A stretch of DNA of 64,000 nt from Octopus vulgaris. Its lineage: Eukaryota. Every line of letters starts with the position of its first letter. Position 1 is the stretch's first letter. Under the pieces are notes generated by a model that saw only the letters and a program-made list of their open reading frames with translations, was not told the origin of the DNA and ran no database searches. Position numbers and translations under genes: made by a program. The stretch lies in the NCBI GenBank assembly GCA_951406725.2, contig OX597815.1, positions 5,704,001 to 5,768,000 of the forward strand. The letters are read 5' to 3'. This document shows, one piece after another, positions 1 through 12,429 of this stretch.

Positions 1-230
1 GCTGGCGACCCAGAAGGCTGCACCAGGCTCCAATCTGATCGAGCAAAGTTTCTACAGCCAGATGCCCTTCCTAACACCAACTTCTCCGAGAGTGTAGTGG
101 GTGCTTTTATGTGCCACTGGCATGAGAGCCAGTCAGGCAGTACTTTTTACGTGCAATTTGCACAGGAGCCAGTCCAGCAGCACTGGCAATGACCACACTC
201 AAATGGTGCCAATCAGACGGTACTGCCAGG
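1..230 (-). mobile_element. Fragment of a SINE-like interspersed repeat (related copies at 1900-2055 and 16520-16745)
   Basis: Shared GGATGCCCTTCCTAACGCCAACCACTC-like core in three places. Confidence 0.6.
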
Positions 231-412
231 CCACAGCCGAAATTGCGAGGATGATCCAGTTCTTGACTGAGGATAAAAGGCTTCGAATGACCCGTGCTTG
301 TTTTTTTGTATCGTCTATCTGGATGTTTTGTTGTCCCTTTTTGTATCACCTAACTGTCTGGATGTTTCGCGTTCTTGTCCCATTTTGTATTTTATCACAT
401 ATATATATGTGT

Positions 413-722
413 GGAGGCACAGAGGCCCAGTGGTTAGGGCAGCAGACTCGCGGTTGTAGGATCACGGTTTTGATTCCCAGACCGGGCGTTGTCAGTGTTT
501 ATTGGGCGAAAACATCTAAAGCTCCACGAGGCTCTGGCAGGGGGTGATGGCGATCCCTGCTGTACTCTTTCGCCGCAACTTTCTCTCACTCTTTCTTCTG
601 TTGGCCTGCTCGCTTAACCAGCGGGGTGGCGTCATTTGAAGGCTAAAACAATGCGAAGCACATTGTGACCAGCGATGTGTAGCAACATCTGATAGCTTGG
701 TTTGTCACGGTGATCACAGTGA
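413..722 (+). mobile_element. tRNA-derived SINE (family A)
   Basis: A box GGCCCAGTGG and B-box-like GGTTTTGATTCC; head shared with copies at 15336, 49461 and 50982. Confidence 0.75.
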
Positions 723-863
723 TATATATATATATATATATATACATATATATTGATAGAAATGGTAAGACAACAAAAGAATGAAAGAGACCTCGATATT
801 ATGTAAATAGAGGAATTTATCTGTAAATATAATATGTGACAATTATTCGGTAGCCAAGATAAA

Positions 864-903
864 AGTAAGTTCCAATAGTATTTAAATACTATTGGAACTT
901 ACT
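864..903. repeat. Perfect 40-bp palindrome with no spacer
   Basis: AGTAAGTTCCAATAGTATTT / AAATACTATTGGAACTTACT are exact reverse complements. Confidence 0.9.
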
Positions 904-1697
904 CACGAGGTACTGGAATCCTATATGGATACCATTCTGCCTAAATAATGGAACTACAAATGCAATATCTCTGCATATCTCACGTCTCATGTTTTTCACG
1001 TGCCACCAGCACAGGTGTTAGTAAGGCGACGCAGGTAACGATCACGCTTGAATGGAGTTTTTTAACATGCCATCGGCACGGAGGCGAGCTTGTTGCTCTG
1101 GCAACGATCTCACTCGTATGGTACTCTTAGTGCTCCACTAGCAACGGATGCCAGTCATCGAATTTGATTTCGATTTCGATTTCACTTGCCTCAACAAGTC
1201 TTCGCAAGCAGAGTCTTTTCACAAAAAAAGGCTAAATTAGTTTCGTCCTTCAATTTGGAGAATTCAAAAAAAAGATTTCTAATATTAATTCTTCATATTT
1301 TGCTGGTAGCTTACGGGTGGTGTAAGTTTGCGAATATGAAAATAATACTTGTATAAGGTGTGTTATGAAAATTTATGGAAAGGAATCTCATAAAACTCAA
1401 CAAATTTGTTAAAAACGGAGAAGAGAAGATGTTAAAGTATATAAGAGAATTTTAATTCATGCAGATGATCGTTCCATACAGAGATATAAAAATCATCCAA
1501 ATTCATGACTGAAATGAATTAAATTAATTATATGTGAACGTACTCTTCAGTACAGGAAGTATAAAGCAAATTCTTACAAAGGACTTGAATAAGGAAAAAG
1601 CAGAAGAATAGAATCTAGGAGATTCATATTTATCCTTAGGAGAAAAAAAGAGATGTGAGTCCACTTAGGTTATTAATTGTATATATATATATATGTT

Positions 1698-1785
<88 letters not shown>

Positions 1786-1813
1786 CACACATGTATATGT
1801 ATGTATGTATATA

Positions 1814-1859
<46 letters not shown>

Positions 1860-2084
1860 CACGTGTGCATGTGTGTGTGTTTGTCCCCCACTGCCCGACC
1901 AGCTGGATGCCCTACCTAATGCCAACCACTCTGAGAGTGTAGTGGGTGCTTTCTATGTGCCACTGGCACAGGGGCCAGGGGGAAGTGGCTGGCAATGGCC
2001 ACAATTGCTTGGTGCTTTTTACATGCCTCCGGCACGGAAGCCAGTCAAACCATTGGTGTAAGGACAACAAAGCCCAAACCAGCA

Positions 2085-2480
2085 ACTCCCTAATCCCAGG
2101 GAATGTCCTAAGGGGACAGTCTATTTTTTTAAGGGCCGCCTACTTGGGGCCCTACTAACTCCCCTATTTTCCTGCATTTTAAACTAAATACATGGCATTG
2201 GCAACCAAATCAGAGCGAGGACAAGGAATTTCATACCATGAACTCCCAGGGAGTATCATAAGGGGGTTCAATTTCTGAAGGGCTGCTTAAATGGGACCTC
2301 AGTGACCCCCATCCTATTTTTACTGTATTTTAAATTAAATATATGCTATTGACGACCAAATCAGAGCAACAACAATGAATTTCATACCATGAACTCCCAG
2401 GGAGTATCATAAGGGGGTTAAATTTCTGAAGGGCCTCTTAAATGGGGCCCCATCGACCCTCACTATTTTTCCTGCATTTA
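2085..2480. repeat. Degenerate tandem repeat with a unit of about 150 bp (about 2.6 copies)
   Basis: ...ACCAAATCAGAGC...GAATTTCATACCATGAACTCCCAGGGAGTATCATAAGGGGGTT... occurs at about 2204 and about 2354. Confidence 0.8.
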
Positions 2481-2731
2481 CCTCGCTCATGCTTATTTAG
2501 GGTCAGCATCAGTGCTTAGCACATTTGCAGAAAGAAGTTTGGACATTCTAAATACCTCCATGTACATTCAAGTCAAGATAAAGGGTAATTACAGGTAAGA
2601 GATAAAGAGTAATTACAGGTACGAGATAAAGAGTGGTTGAGTGGCTATTTATATTCTGTAGTTTATGAAACTTATGTCTTGTACACTTTTAAACGCACAT
2701 ATAAATATATATGGCAATATATGTATAAATG

Positions 2732-2990
2732 TGAAGGTGCGTGGCCAAGTGGTTAGGTTGTTGCACTCATGATCGCTAGATCGAGGGTTCGATTCCCTGG
2801 TAGGGTGGGGTGTTGTGTGCTTGAGTAAAACACTTCATTTCGCATTGCTCCAGTTCCCCTTTCGATCAGTGGGGGGGGGGATTGTTGGCCTGGTTGCCTT
2901 GCCAGTGTGGTGGCTAAAACAATGCATAAACACATTGTGACCAGCGATGTGTAACAAGATCTGATTGCCTGGTCAGTCATGCGATTACAT
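2732..2990 (+). mobile_element. tRNA-derived SINE (related heads at 63142 and, on the minus strand, at 24433-24780 and 50650-50895)
   Basis: GTGGCCAAGTGG A box, GGTTCGATTCC B box, TGTGTGCTTGAGTAAAACACTT body. Confidence 0.7.
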
Positions 2991-3110
2991 GATATATGTA
3001 TATATATGTACATGTATGTATATATATATGTGTACATGTATATACATGTACCTACATATGTATGCATGTATTTATCCATCTCTCATTCTCTCTCTCTTTA
3101 TATATGTGTA

Positions 3111-3159
<49 letters not shown>

Positions 3160-3221
3160 AGGCATGGAAGATAGACGTTAAACGATGTGGATGATGATAT
3201 ATACATGTATATGTATGTATA

Positions 3222-3470
<249 letters not shown>

Positions 3471-4334
3471 TCGATATATATATATATTCCCAAGTTATAA
3501 ATATAAGTTTACCTTATATATATATATATAGAGAGAGAGAGAGACACATGTATGTATATATATTACATACTATATATGCCTGTGTGTGTGTGTGTGAGTA
3601 GAACACGTATACCTAGTGTTATAGTTAAGGAAGTGCTCACTCCCACGAGTTTCTCTCCTATCTCTATAACGTCTTCCTCTCTCTCTCTCTCTCGCTTCTA
3701 TCATGTCTCCCCTCCCATTACACAACGTCTCTCTCTCCCATTATTCCCCCCTCCCCCTAGTCCCCCTCCCTCTCCCTCTCATCAACGCAACGACATTTTC
3801 CCTCTCCATATCAACATCTCAATCGGGATCTCGCCGTTTGTGCCCCACCCACGAACCCAACCCGCTACAAATCCCCGCAACCCACCCTGATGTCTCCCCC
3901 TCCCCACCCCCCACCCAACAACCCAAAATCTCCCCATCATCCATCATCATTGTTCAGGTACGAAATATATATTTACGAAGTAATCACTCACCTGTCCGAA
4001 TCTATCATTTCACCGTCCATCGATGACGCCGAGGGGAGACGGCAGCCTGTCCGCTGTGTTTTGCCTCACACACGACCGTTGCCATAATAAACTATTGAGT
4101 CACGTGCTTAGCAACGCCAGATTGAACCGGATGACGAACGGCCCGTCAGCCTTGACCTTTGTCAACAGATGTCAATTGACCCAGATTGCGATGGCGTACG
4201 TAAGCCTTAGCTTTCTTGTAGTTTAGCACCAGGTGTCCTGGTCGTGCTAACCTATCACCGAAGGCATTCCAGCCGTGCCCACCCTGTTTTGTTTTGTTTT
4301 CTTTGTTCCAAAGACTTTATATCAAACTGTTGGA

Positions 4335-4578
4335 GGTACTATTTAAGTAGAGAGGTCCCGGTGCGCGCACTCGCGTAGCCGCGCATCCGCGCTAGCTAGT
4401 CGTGACTAGTCGATCCTTTGTGTTTTTGTTTTATTTACTTTGTATAGAAAAATTATTTATTTTGTGTTTTATTTACTTAGCTAGGTAGTCGTTGTAGGAT
4501 CGACTAATCACGACTAGCTAGCGCGGATGCGCAACTACACGAGTGCGCGCACCGGGACCGCTCTTCTTAAGTAGTACC
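4335..4578. mobile_element. MITE with GC-rich terminal inverted repeats of about 83 bp and an 8-9 bp target-site duplication
   Basis: GGTACTATTTAAG...GTCGATCCT pairs with AGGATCGAC...CTTAAGTAGTACC; flanked by ACTGTTGG(A/G) at 4326 and 4579. Confidence 0.85.
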
Positions 4579-4582
4579 ACTG

Positions 4583-4835
4583 TTGGGTTGTTGGATAATT
4601 ATTGCGGTTACAACAAATTTTATTCATCAAAAACAAAAACGATAAAAATATTTAACAAAAACACCTTTAAATGAGGGTCTGACCGTCTGCCAAGCAAATG
4701 GCAAGCAGTAATTGAAGTAGATGGTGAATATGCTCCGGAATAATCATTTAAAGATGTTTTTGTTAAATATTGTTATTGATTTTGTTGAATAAAATTTGTT
4801 GAGAAACAACCACAATAATTATGCACCAGCCCAAT
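4583..4835 (+). mobile_element. Mariner-derived MITE retaining the transposase C-terminus (second copy 60026-60268, opposite orientation)
   Basis: TIR TTGGGTTG..GATAATTATTGCGG; internal DRLPSKWQAVIEVDGEYAPE* resembles the mariner C-terminus (KLPERWQKVI..NGEY). Confidence 0.75.
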
Positions 4836-4859
4836 ATATTACCGACTACTATATATATA

Positions 4860-5457
4860 CTCTTTTACTCTTTTTACTCTTTTGACTGCGGCCATGCTGG
4901 AGCACCGCCTTTAGTCGAGCAAATCGACACCGGGACTTATTCTTTGTAAGCCCAGTACTTATTTTATCGGTCTCTTTTGCCGAACCGCTAAGTGACGGGG
5001 ACGTAAACACACCAGCATCGGTTGTCAAGCAATGCTAGGGGGACAAACACAGACACACAAACACACACACATATATATATATACTAGCAGTATCGCCCGG
5101 CGTTGCTCAGGTTTGTAAGGGAAATAACTATAAAGCATTTTTAGAGAGTTATAGCCAAAAAATAGCAAAAAGATGGAAAAAAAATGATGGTAAATTTTTT
5201 TGAAAGTTAAAAAAGGTGGAGTTGCGTCCCCTAGACGGTCTGTGGTTTGGGTTTATGATTCTCGACCCCATGTCGAATTTATCGATTTTTTTCAGAACTG
5301 GGGGAACTTTTCAAAATTTTCGCTGCGTTAGTTTTGAATTATGACATTGGGCTATGTGTGTGTCAAGTTTTATCAGAATCGGTTGAAAGCCGTGGTCAGA
5401 GTGAGGGTACGAGAAAACATACACACAGAAAACGCACAGACAAACTGCCGTTTATAT

Positions 5458-5494
<37 letters not shown>

Positions 5495-5657
5495 TACGAC
5501 AGGCTTCTTTCAGTTTCCGTCTACCAAATCCACTCACAAGGCATTGGTCGGCCCGGGGCTATAGCAGAAGACATTTGCCCAAGATGCCACGCAGTGGGAC
5601 TGAACCCGGAACCATGTGGTTGGTTAGCAAGCTACTTACCACACAGCCACTCCTGCG

Positions 5658-5660
<3 letters not shown>
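4860..5660 (-). mobile_element. tRNA-derived SINE (family B, with an internal microsatellite) interrupted by a Helitron
   Basis: Matches family-B copies at 28034-28567, 37238-37630, 53515-53930, 62555-62915, 63410-63815 and others. Confidence 0.8.
5084..5460 (-). mobile_element. Non-autonomous Helitron
   Basis: Minus strand starts TC and ends with a hairpin then GATACTGCTAG; 3' end shared with the 30320 and 39485 copies. Confidence 0.7.
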
Positions 5661-5729
<69 letters not shown>

Positions 5730-5802
5730 AATATATATATGTGTGTGTGTGTGTGTATATATATATTTATATATATATATACATATATACACACACACAC
5801 AC

Positions 5803-5853
<51 letters not shown>

Positions 5854-6358
5854 CCAACTACCCACGTTCTTGAAAAGAGAGTAAGGTATGATTTGAGAAA
5901 TATTTCGCAGCTATTTCTAGCAGGTCGATAGACCACATGGCGGCTCCCAGCCGTCCGATTTTCTTTCTGAGGTGATTTCATGAAGCTGAGACATTCATGC
6001 CTCTCTCAAACCAATTCTTTAGGATCCAGAATCGATAAAGAAATAAAAACAAGTCAATTTATTATCGCTGGTGTGACTGTGTGGTAAGTAGCTTGCTTCC
6101 CAACCACATGGTTCCGGGTTCAGTCCCACTGTGTGGCACCTTGAGCAAGTGTCTTCTACTATAGCCTCGAGTCGATCAAAGCCTTGTGAGTGGATTTGGT
6201 AGCCGGAAACTGAAAGAAGCCCGTCGTATTTATGTATGCATACGTATATATATATATATATATATAAAATTAAATTTAGGGTAAAAATTGATATTTATCA
6301 ATTAGAACCAGTGGTCTAGCATATTAAAGAAAGAATCCGAAGATTAAAATATTTATAT

Positions 6359-6725
6359 ATACCAATTAAGGACTGCACACGAAAAGTGGACAGTCAACAT
6401 GCTAGATATAGACGTCAAATCGCCATTCTCCACAAAAAATTTTATGTTCTCAGATCAAACTCAACAAAACCAAAGCAATAAACAAGTGGCAAATTACATT
6501 TTATATGGGACCATGCTGATGATGCTGCACTTTTCCTTGCGGAAAATAACAGCTGAAACTAAATTTAGTACATGGGTAAATATTTATTTCGTATATTTTT
6601 CACTTGTTTATTGTTTTGGTTTTGTTGAGTTTGATCTGAGAACATAAAATTTTTTGTGGAGAATGGCGATTTGACGTCTATATCTAGCATGTTGACTGTC
6701 CACTTTTCGTGTGCAGTCCTTAATT

Positions 6726-6730
<5 letters not shown>
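6359..6730. repeat. Fold-back inverted repeat (arms of about 130 bp) inside a SINE-associated (TA)n tract
   Basis: 6359-6488 is the near-perfect reverse complement of 6601-6730. Confidence 0.9.
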
Positions 6731-6768
<38 letters not shown>

Positions 6769-7237
6769 ATGCTTGTCTTAGTACTTGTGTTTGCGCCCTT
6801 CCCACCCCATTACTGCTTGATAACCGGGGTTGGTATTCTTTTACTTGTTTCAGTCATTTGACTGCGGCGGCCATGCTGGAGCACCGCCTTTAGTCGAACA
6901 AATCGAACCCCCCCCCCCCCCAGGACGTATTCTTTGTAAGCCTAGTAATGATTCCATTTGTCACTTTTGCTGAACCGCTAAGTAACGGGGACGTAAACAC
7001 ACCAGCATCGGTTGTCAAGCGATGGTGGGGGGGGGGGGATAAACACAGACACAAACACACACACACATATATGTATGTATGTATGTATGTATGTATCTAT
7101 CTATCTATCTATCTATCTCTCTCTCTCTCTCTATATATATATATACATATGTATATATATATACATATATATATATATATGTATGTATATATATATATAT
7201 ATATATACATATGTGTATGTATATATATATATATCTA

Positions 7238-7279
<42 letters not shown>

Positions 7280-8423
7280 CGATGAGCTTCTTTCAGTTTC
7301 CGTCTACAAAATCCACTTCCAAGGCTTTGGTTGGCCTGAGGCTATAGTAGAAGACACTTCCCCAAGGTGCCACGCAGTGGGACTGAACCCGGAACCATGT
7401 GGTTGGTAAGCAAGTTACTTACCACACAGCCACTCCTGCGCCTGTTTACATACTCGTAACCTTGCGGTTCGGCAAAATAGACGGATAAAATAAATACTAA
7501 GCTTTAAAAAAATTGTACAACTAAAATTCTTCAAAGCGATGCCCCAGCATGGCCGCATTCAGATGACTGAAATATGAAAAAGGAAAGATAATATATAACT
7601 GCTTGTTATATTAGAAGAAAGCTTTAAGAGATTTCGATTTTAGAAGGTGAGAAGTTGAGGCCTTCATGCTTTTCATAACAGCATAATTGCTTTTTACCTT
7701 TCAGTTATTTCAGGCATTGGATTGCGGCCATGCTGGGGCACCAACTTGAAGAATTCTAGTCGGACGAATCAAACCTAGTAATTTTTTTTATTAAAAGAAA
7801 ACCTGGTATTTATTCTATCGATTATTTTTGCCGAACCACTAGGTTACGGGGATGTAAACACACCAACACCGGATGTCAATCAGTAACGGGCAACAAACAC
7901 AGACACAAAAACACACAAACATTCAGTTATTTATACGGCAGGCTTCCTTACAGTTACCATCAAACAAATTCTTTCTCAAGGCTATGGTCGGTCCGGGGCT
8001 ACAGTGACAGGCACGTACCCCAAGGGGCTGCGCATTGGGACTGAACCTGAGACCCTGTGGCTCAAACCCACTGCGTGGCACCTTCGGCAAGTTTCTCTTA
8101 CTGTAGCCTCAAACCGACCGAAGTCTTGTGAGTGAATTTAGAAGACGGAAACTGAAAGAAGCCCATCGTATATGATTGTGTGTGTGTGAGTGTGTCCTAC
8201 TGCCGCATGACAACCGGTGTTGGTGTGTTTGCGTCCAGTAACCTAGCGGTTCGGCAAAAGACCCGATAGAATAAGTTCCAGGCTTTAAAACATAAAAAGT
8301 ACTGGGGTTGATTTATTCAACTAAAAATACTTCAAGGTGGTGCCCCAGCATGGCCGCAGTCCAATGACTGAAACAAGCAAACGAGAAAAGATAAAATGTA
8401 ATAAATAAATGGCATTTTTCCAG

Positions 8424-8655
8424 TAGGGGGCAACGGTTTTGAGGAGAGGGGCAACTGTTTTTTGGGGGAAGGGCAACAGTTTTGTGGGATGGTGCAACGG
8501 TTTTGTGGGGGAGAGGCAATGGTTTTGTGGAGAGGGGCAATGGTTTTGTGGGGGAACAACGGTTTTGTGGGGAGGGGCAACGGTTTTGTGAGGGACCAAC
8601 AGTTTTGTGAGGAGAACAACGGTTTTGTGGGGAGGGGCAACGATTTTGTGGGGGT
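8424..8655. repeat. G-rich minisatellite, unit about 20 bp (GGGGCAACGGTTTTGTGGGGA), about 11 copies
   Basis: Direct inspection. Confidence 0.9.
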
Positions 8656-9154
8656 GTTGCTTTGGTGTTTGCTGTATATGCCCGTGCAAGCTTGAGGACT
8701 CGTGGTGAGGTAGAATGGGGTGTGGGGGAAAGCGCAGGGGTTTCCCCCGGCGGCACACATTGTAGCGTTGTCACTGTTTCATTCGGATTATGACCATAAA
8801 ATGAAAGTAGGAATGTTGACAGTATGAGGTAATGTCCAAACGGATGTGTCCAATAGGTAACCCGCCCATTTATTATCTATTTTTTTTATTTTCCTTCCCC
8901 CTCCTTCCATCTTCTTTGGGAGGGTCGTGGGTGTAAAGTCCTCAGGCACCTCCTCCTCCATGGGGTCCGATCAGAAGCAACTGACATTACACTTTCCGGC
9001 TGAATTCCCAAGCGTGATCAACTGAGACTCATTCTCGAACCAATTTGTCTTTGGCCAGTTTTACCTATTTTCAAAAATTTCTTCGTGTCCAGTCATTTTC
9101 AAGACAACAAAGATTACGATTTTACCCCCACTCCAAAAATCAGATTTGGAATTC

Positions 9155-9680
9155 AAAGGATGAAAGACAAAGTCGACCTCGGCGGAATTTGAACTCAGAA
9201 CGTAAAGACAGTCGAAATGCCGCTACGCATTTCGCCCGGTGTGCTAACGTTTCTGCTAGCTCGACGCTTTAGAATCCCTATGAATATTCTTTTCTACTTT
9301 AGGTACAAGGCCCGAAATTTTGGAGGAGGGGGCCAGTCGATTAGATCGACCCAAGTACGCAACTGGTGCTTAATTTATCGACCCCGAAAGGATGAAAGGC
9401 AAAGTCGACCTCGTCGGAATTTGAACTCAGGACCTAAAGACAGACGAAATACCTATTTCTTTACTACCCACAAGGGGCTAAACATAGAGGGGACAAACAA
9501 GAACAGACAAAGGGATTAAGTCGATTGTATCGACCCCAGTTCGTAACTGGTACTTAGTTTATCGACCCCAAAAGGACGAAAGGCAAAGTCGACCTGGGCG
9601 GAATTTGAACTCAGAACGTAACGGCAGATGAAATACCGCTAAGCATTGTCGCCCAGCGCTGTAACGATTCTGCCAATTAT
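9155..9680 (-). mobile_element. Cluster of family-C SINEs (MetaSINE-like core GCCTTTCATCCTTTCGGGGTCGATAAATTAAGTACCAG); many more copies across the window
   Basis: Same core at 15740-16240, 18520-19960, 20580-20820, 26265-26680, 31945-32370, 38450-38870, 40005-40240, 48535-49150 and 54680-55145. Confidence 0.8.
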
Positions 9681-10849
9681 ACCACAAAACTGTGATTAAC
9701 CAGATTTAATTATAATCTTAGCAATCACTTGTGTGAAATGATGATTTATTTGTAAGTAAGAGGAATGTGGTGTCATGGGTGTTGTTGTCGTTGTAGCTGT
9801 TGGTGAATGAAAACGTATTCCTAGAGCCGAATGAGGAAGTAATTAACAATACTCGTAGACAATTAACAGAAGATTTAATTACTCCACAAAGTGATTTATG
9901 GGTTTTTCCTTTAACAAAAGCTAACTGCGACAATTACACGCTGGGAGAGACACACTACTGGAAGCTACGACGATTTAACTGGTATGTAGCAACCTGTGGC
10001 TGTCCCATCACCAGTGGAAAGTAAACTCGCTATATTCTTTGCGACAAAATCTGTGCCTTCCATCTGCCATTGGCTGGTGGTGAATGAGAATGGAGACATC
10101 CAGTGGCTGTCTCAGCATTCTGGGCTCACCACCGAAAATCACCTTTGTACAGGGCTCAATGAGAAAGATCGGCTGATCGGTCGCTTAATCGGCCGATCAC
10201 GTAAAACTACTGTGGCATAGCCGTGATGTCAACTCGCGTATCCTACGATTCGGTTTCGAATCCGCTACAGTAGCATGGTGCGGAGAGGCTACAGGAGTGG
10301 TTGTCCTAGGCACAAACTTTCAAAAGAAAAAAAAAAAATGTAGTAATGAGGAATAAAAAAAATGAATAGTGACCCCGGGCAATGGATAAATTTTGAGAAC
10401 TCTTGCATGGCTCATACGATGTTGTAAAAGTGACTGACCAAAGTAAATCGTCGACTTTGACCCCCCTCTCGATTATATTAACTGTTAATTTTATTTTCAT
10501 TATGTATGTCGAAATGATTGTGTTGTTTATTTTTATAATATGAATGGAATGCGTACCGAGAAGTTTGTTTTCACAGTTTATCTTAACACTTTTCAAAACA
10601 TTTTAATCCGATTTACACCAATTCATGTGTGTCTATAGTTGTATATGGTTAAAACCTGATAGGGGGAGGGGGCTGTCGGGATAAATTGGGATTCGAACTT
10701 CAATCGCAAGATATTCAGCTAAGGATCACAAGTAAGCCACCACAATTTCATGCGATTGATTTCTATGGCTTTCTCGAATAACCTATAAATCGGCAAGTCA
10801 TTTTTATTGCATTTTCCCACAACTTTTCGACTTTTTACCTTTTGAACAC

Positions 10850-11410
10850 CTGCTGTCGCGTGTAGGACAGATCCGGATATCAGCAGAATCTATTGTGAAG
10901 ATTGCCCCGCCACCCTCTTTTGGCCGGGAGGGAAAGGCAATTTTTTTATTTGTTTAGTGGCTGTAGCGAAAGAGGTAGTATGGTGTACCCGTTTGAAAGG
11001 GCTAAAGACAGACAGTTTCCTGTTTGGCCAAGCCCTCATCAACTTTTTCAAGTTTCCCTTGAAAAGGAAGTTGAGGGTGAAGAGGGAAGTGTTCCCTTGT
11101 GGAAAGTTTGTTGAAAGGTGGAGGAATGTTGGAAGAATGGCCAGTGCGAAAGGACCAATTCTGAGCGTGCACCTGTAAAAATGGAATCAAAGGAGAAGGG
11201 CTCTTGCCCTGTTGTTCAGGCACCCGTGGCTTTTGTGGGGTTTCCATGACGTCCTTAAAGCGCCTCCCTTCTTGGGAGTTTTAAATTGTTCAATTTTAAT
11301 TGTTATATTGTTTACACGTTGTAAAACCCCATTGTATCGTCCTGTTTTTGTCTTTTATGTTGTATGCCTTTTAATGTAATTATATGTGAGCCCTTGTGGC
11401 TAATAAAAGA
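10850..11410 (+). mobile_element. 5'-truncated L1/Tx1-like LINE (ORF2 C-terminus + 3' UTR)
   Basis: VAVAKEVVWCTRLKGL...KFVERW; ends GCCCTTGTGGCTAATAAAAGAA; homologous to 17467-18024. Confidence 0.65.
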
Positions 11411-11466
11411 ATTTATCATTATTATTATTATTATTATTATCATTATTATTATTATTGTTATTATTT

Positions 11467-11523
<57 letters not shown>

Positions 11524-11524
11524 T

Positions 11525-11845
11525 TGCCTCTGCACAGCTTCTAACGCTGGAGATGTACTACGGTGTCAGCTGTTCACTACCAGTGAACTAAGGTAACACC
11601 TCTTATTTTTCGAGCACCTTCCGGAGTATTCGAGCTGTTCCAAGCAGTGCTGTTTTCTGCAAGTGCTCCACCCTTATTGCAGCCCCTATTTGTTCCACGT
11701 ACTTCTCGAGATTTTTGCTCGCTGTTCCCAGGGCTCCGACAATTATTGGTATTACTACCACCTTTTTCATCGACCACAACTGCTTAACTTCCCAAGCTAA
11801 CCTATTATATCTCTCGACTTTTCTTTCTTCCTTATCGCATCTCAC
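11525..11845 (-). mobile_element. 3' end of an RLE-type non-LTR retrotransposon (R4/Dong-like)
   Basis: KEERKVERY..LAWEVKQLW.MKKVVVIPIIVGALG...LQKTALLGTARILRKVL is the typical C-terminus of R4-clade ORFs; abuts (TAC)n/(TAA)n. Confidence 0.8.
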
Positions 11846-12175
11846 CAGCTATTCTGTTTCCTTCACTCTTTCTCCTATCTTTACTTCTTCCCCCTGCCTC
11901 ACTCTATCCTATATCACATTCACACCTATTCCTCTTCCTCCTCCTCACATTTCTTATCCCACTCTTGCACGCTTCCACACACCCCGAGCAACCACCCGTA
12001 TCGCACACCGTTCGTGCCCCCCCCCTCGTACTCATCTCCCTACACGGATACTCATGCATACAACATCCTGCTTCCTCCTCTCTTCTTAACTCCTCCCCCA
12101 TAGTACTGCATTCCCAGCCTGCCCCTAAACATTTTTCTTTCTTTTTCTGCTTCCCACCAATTTTTCTCCTTTTCT

Positions 12176-12214
12176 TTTTTCTGATGAAGGACTAGCGTCT
12201 GAAACGTTAAAAAC
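12176..12214 (+). ncRNA. Minimal hammerhead ribozyme motif in a Penelope-type pseudo-LTR
   Basis: UUUUU-CUGAUGA-A-GGAC-UAGC-GUCU-GAAAC-GUU-AAAAA. Confidence 0.55.
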
Positions 12215-12429
12215 CCTTTCTCTTTCCTCTGAAGCTTTATACCAATTAAACCGTTGTTAAAAATTGTCCCCTTGTGTTTTTGTTTTGTTTTTACTCATTC
12301 ATCGTACGTATGTATGTATGTATGTATGTATGTATGTATGTATGTATGTATGTATGAATGTATGTATGTATGTATGTATGTATGTATGTATGTATGTATG
12401 TATGTATGTATGTATGTTTGTATGTATGT

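Noticed and set aside
8313-8774. Pro-rich repetitive ORFs
   Set aside because: Translation of the G-rich minisatellite plus SINE sequence
9800-10305. Short complex ORFs near 9.8-10.2 kb
   Set aside because: No recognisable domain; the 3' part shares sequence with 21345-21430 and 56645-56715, which indicates a degraded transposon
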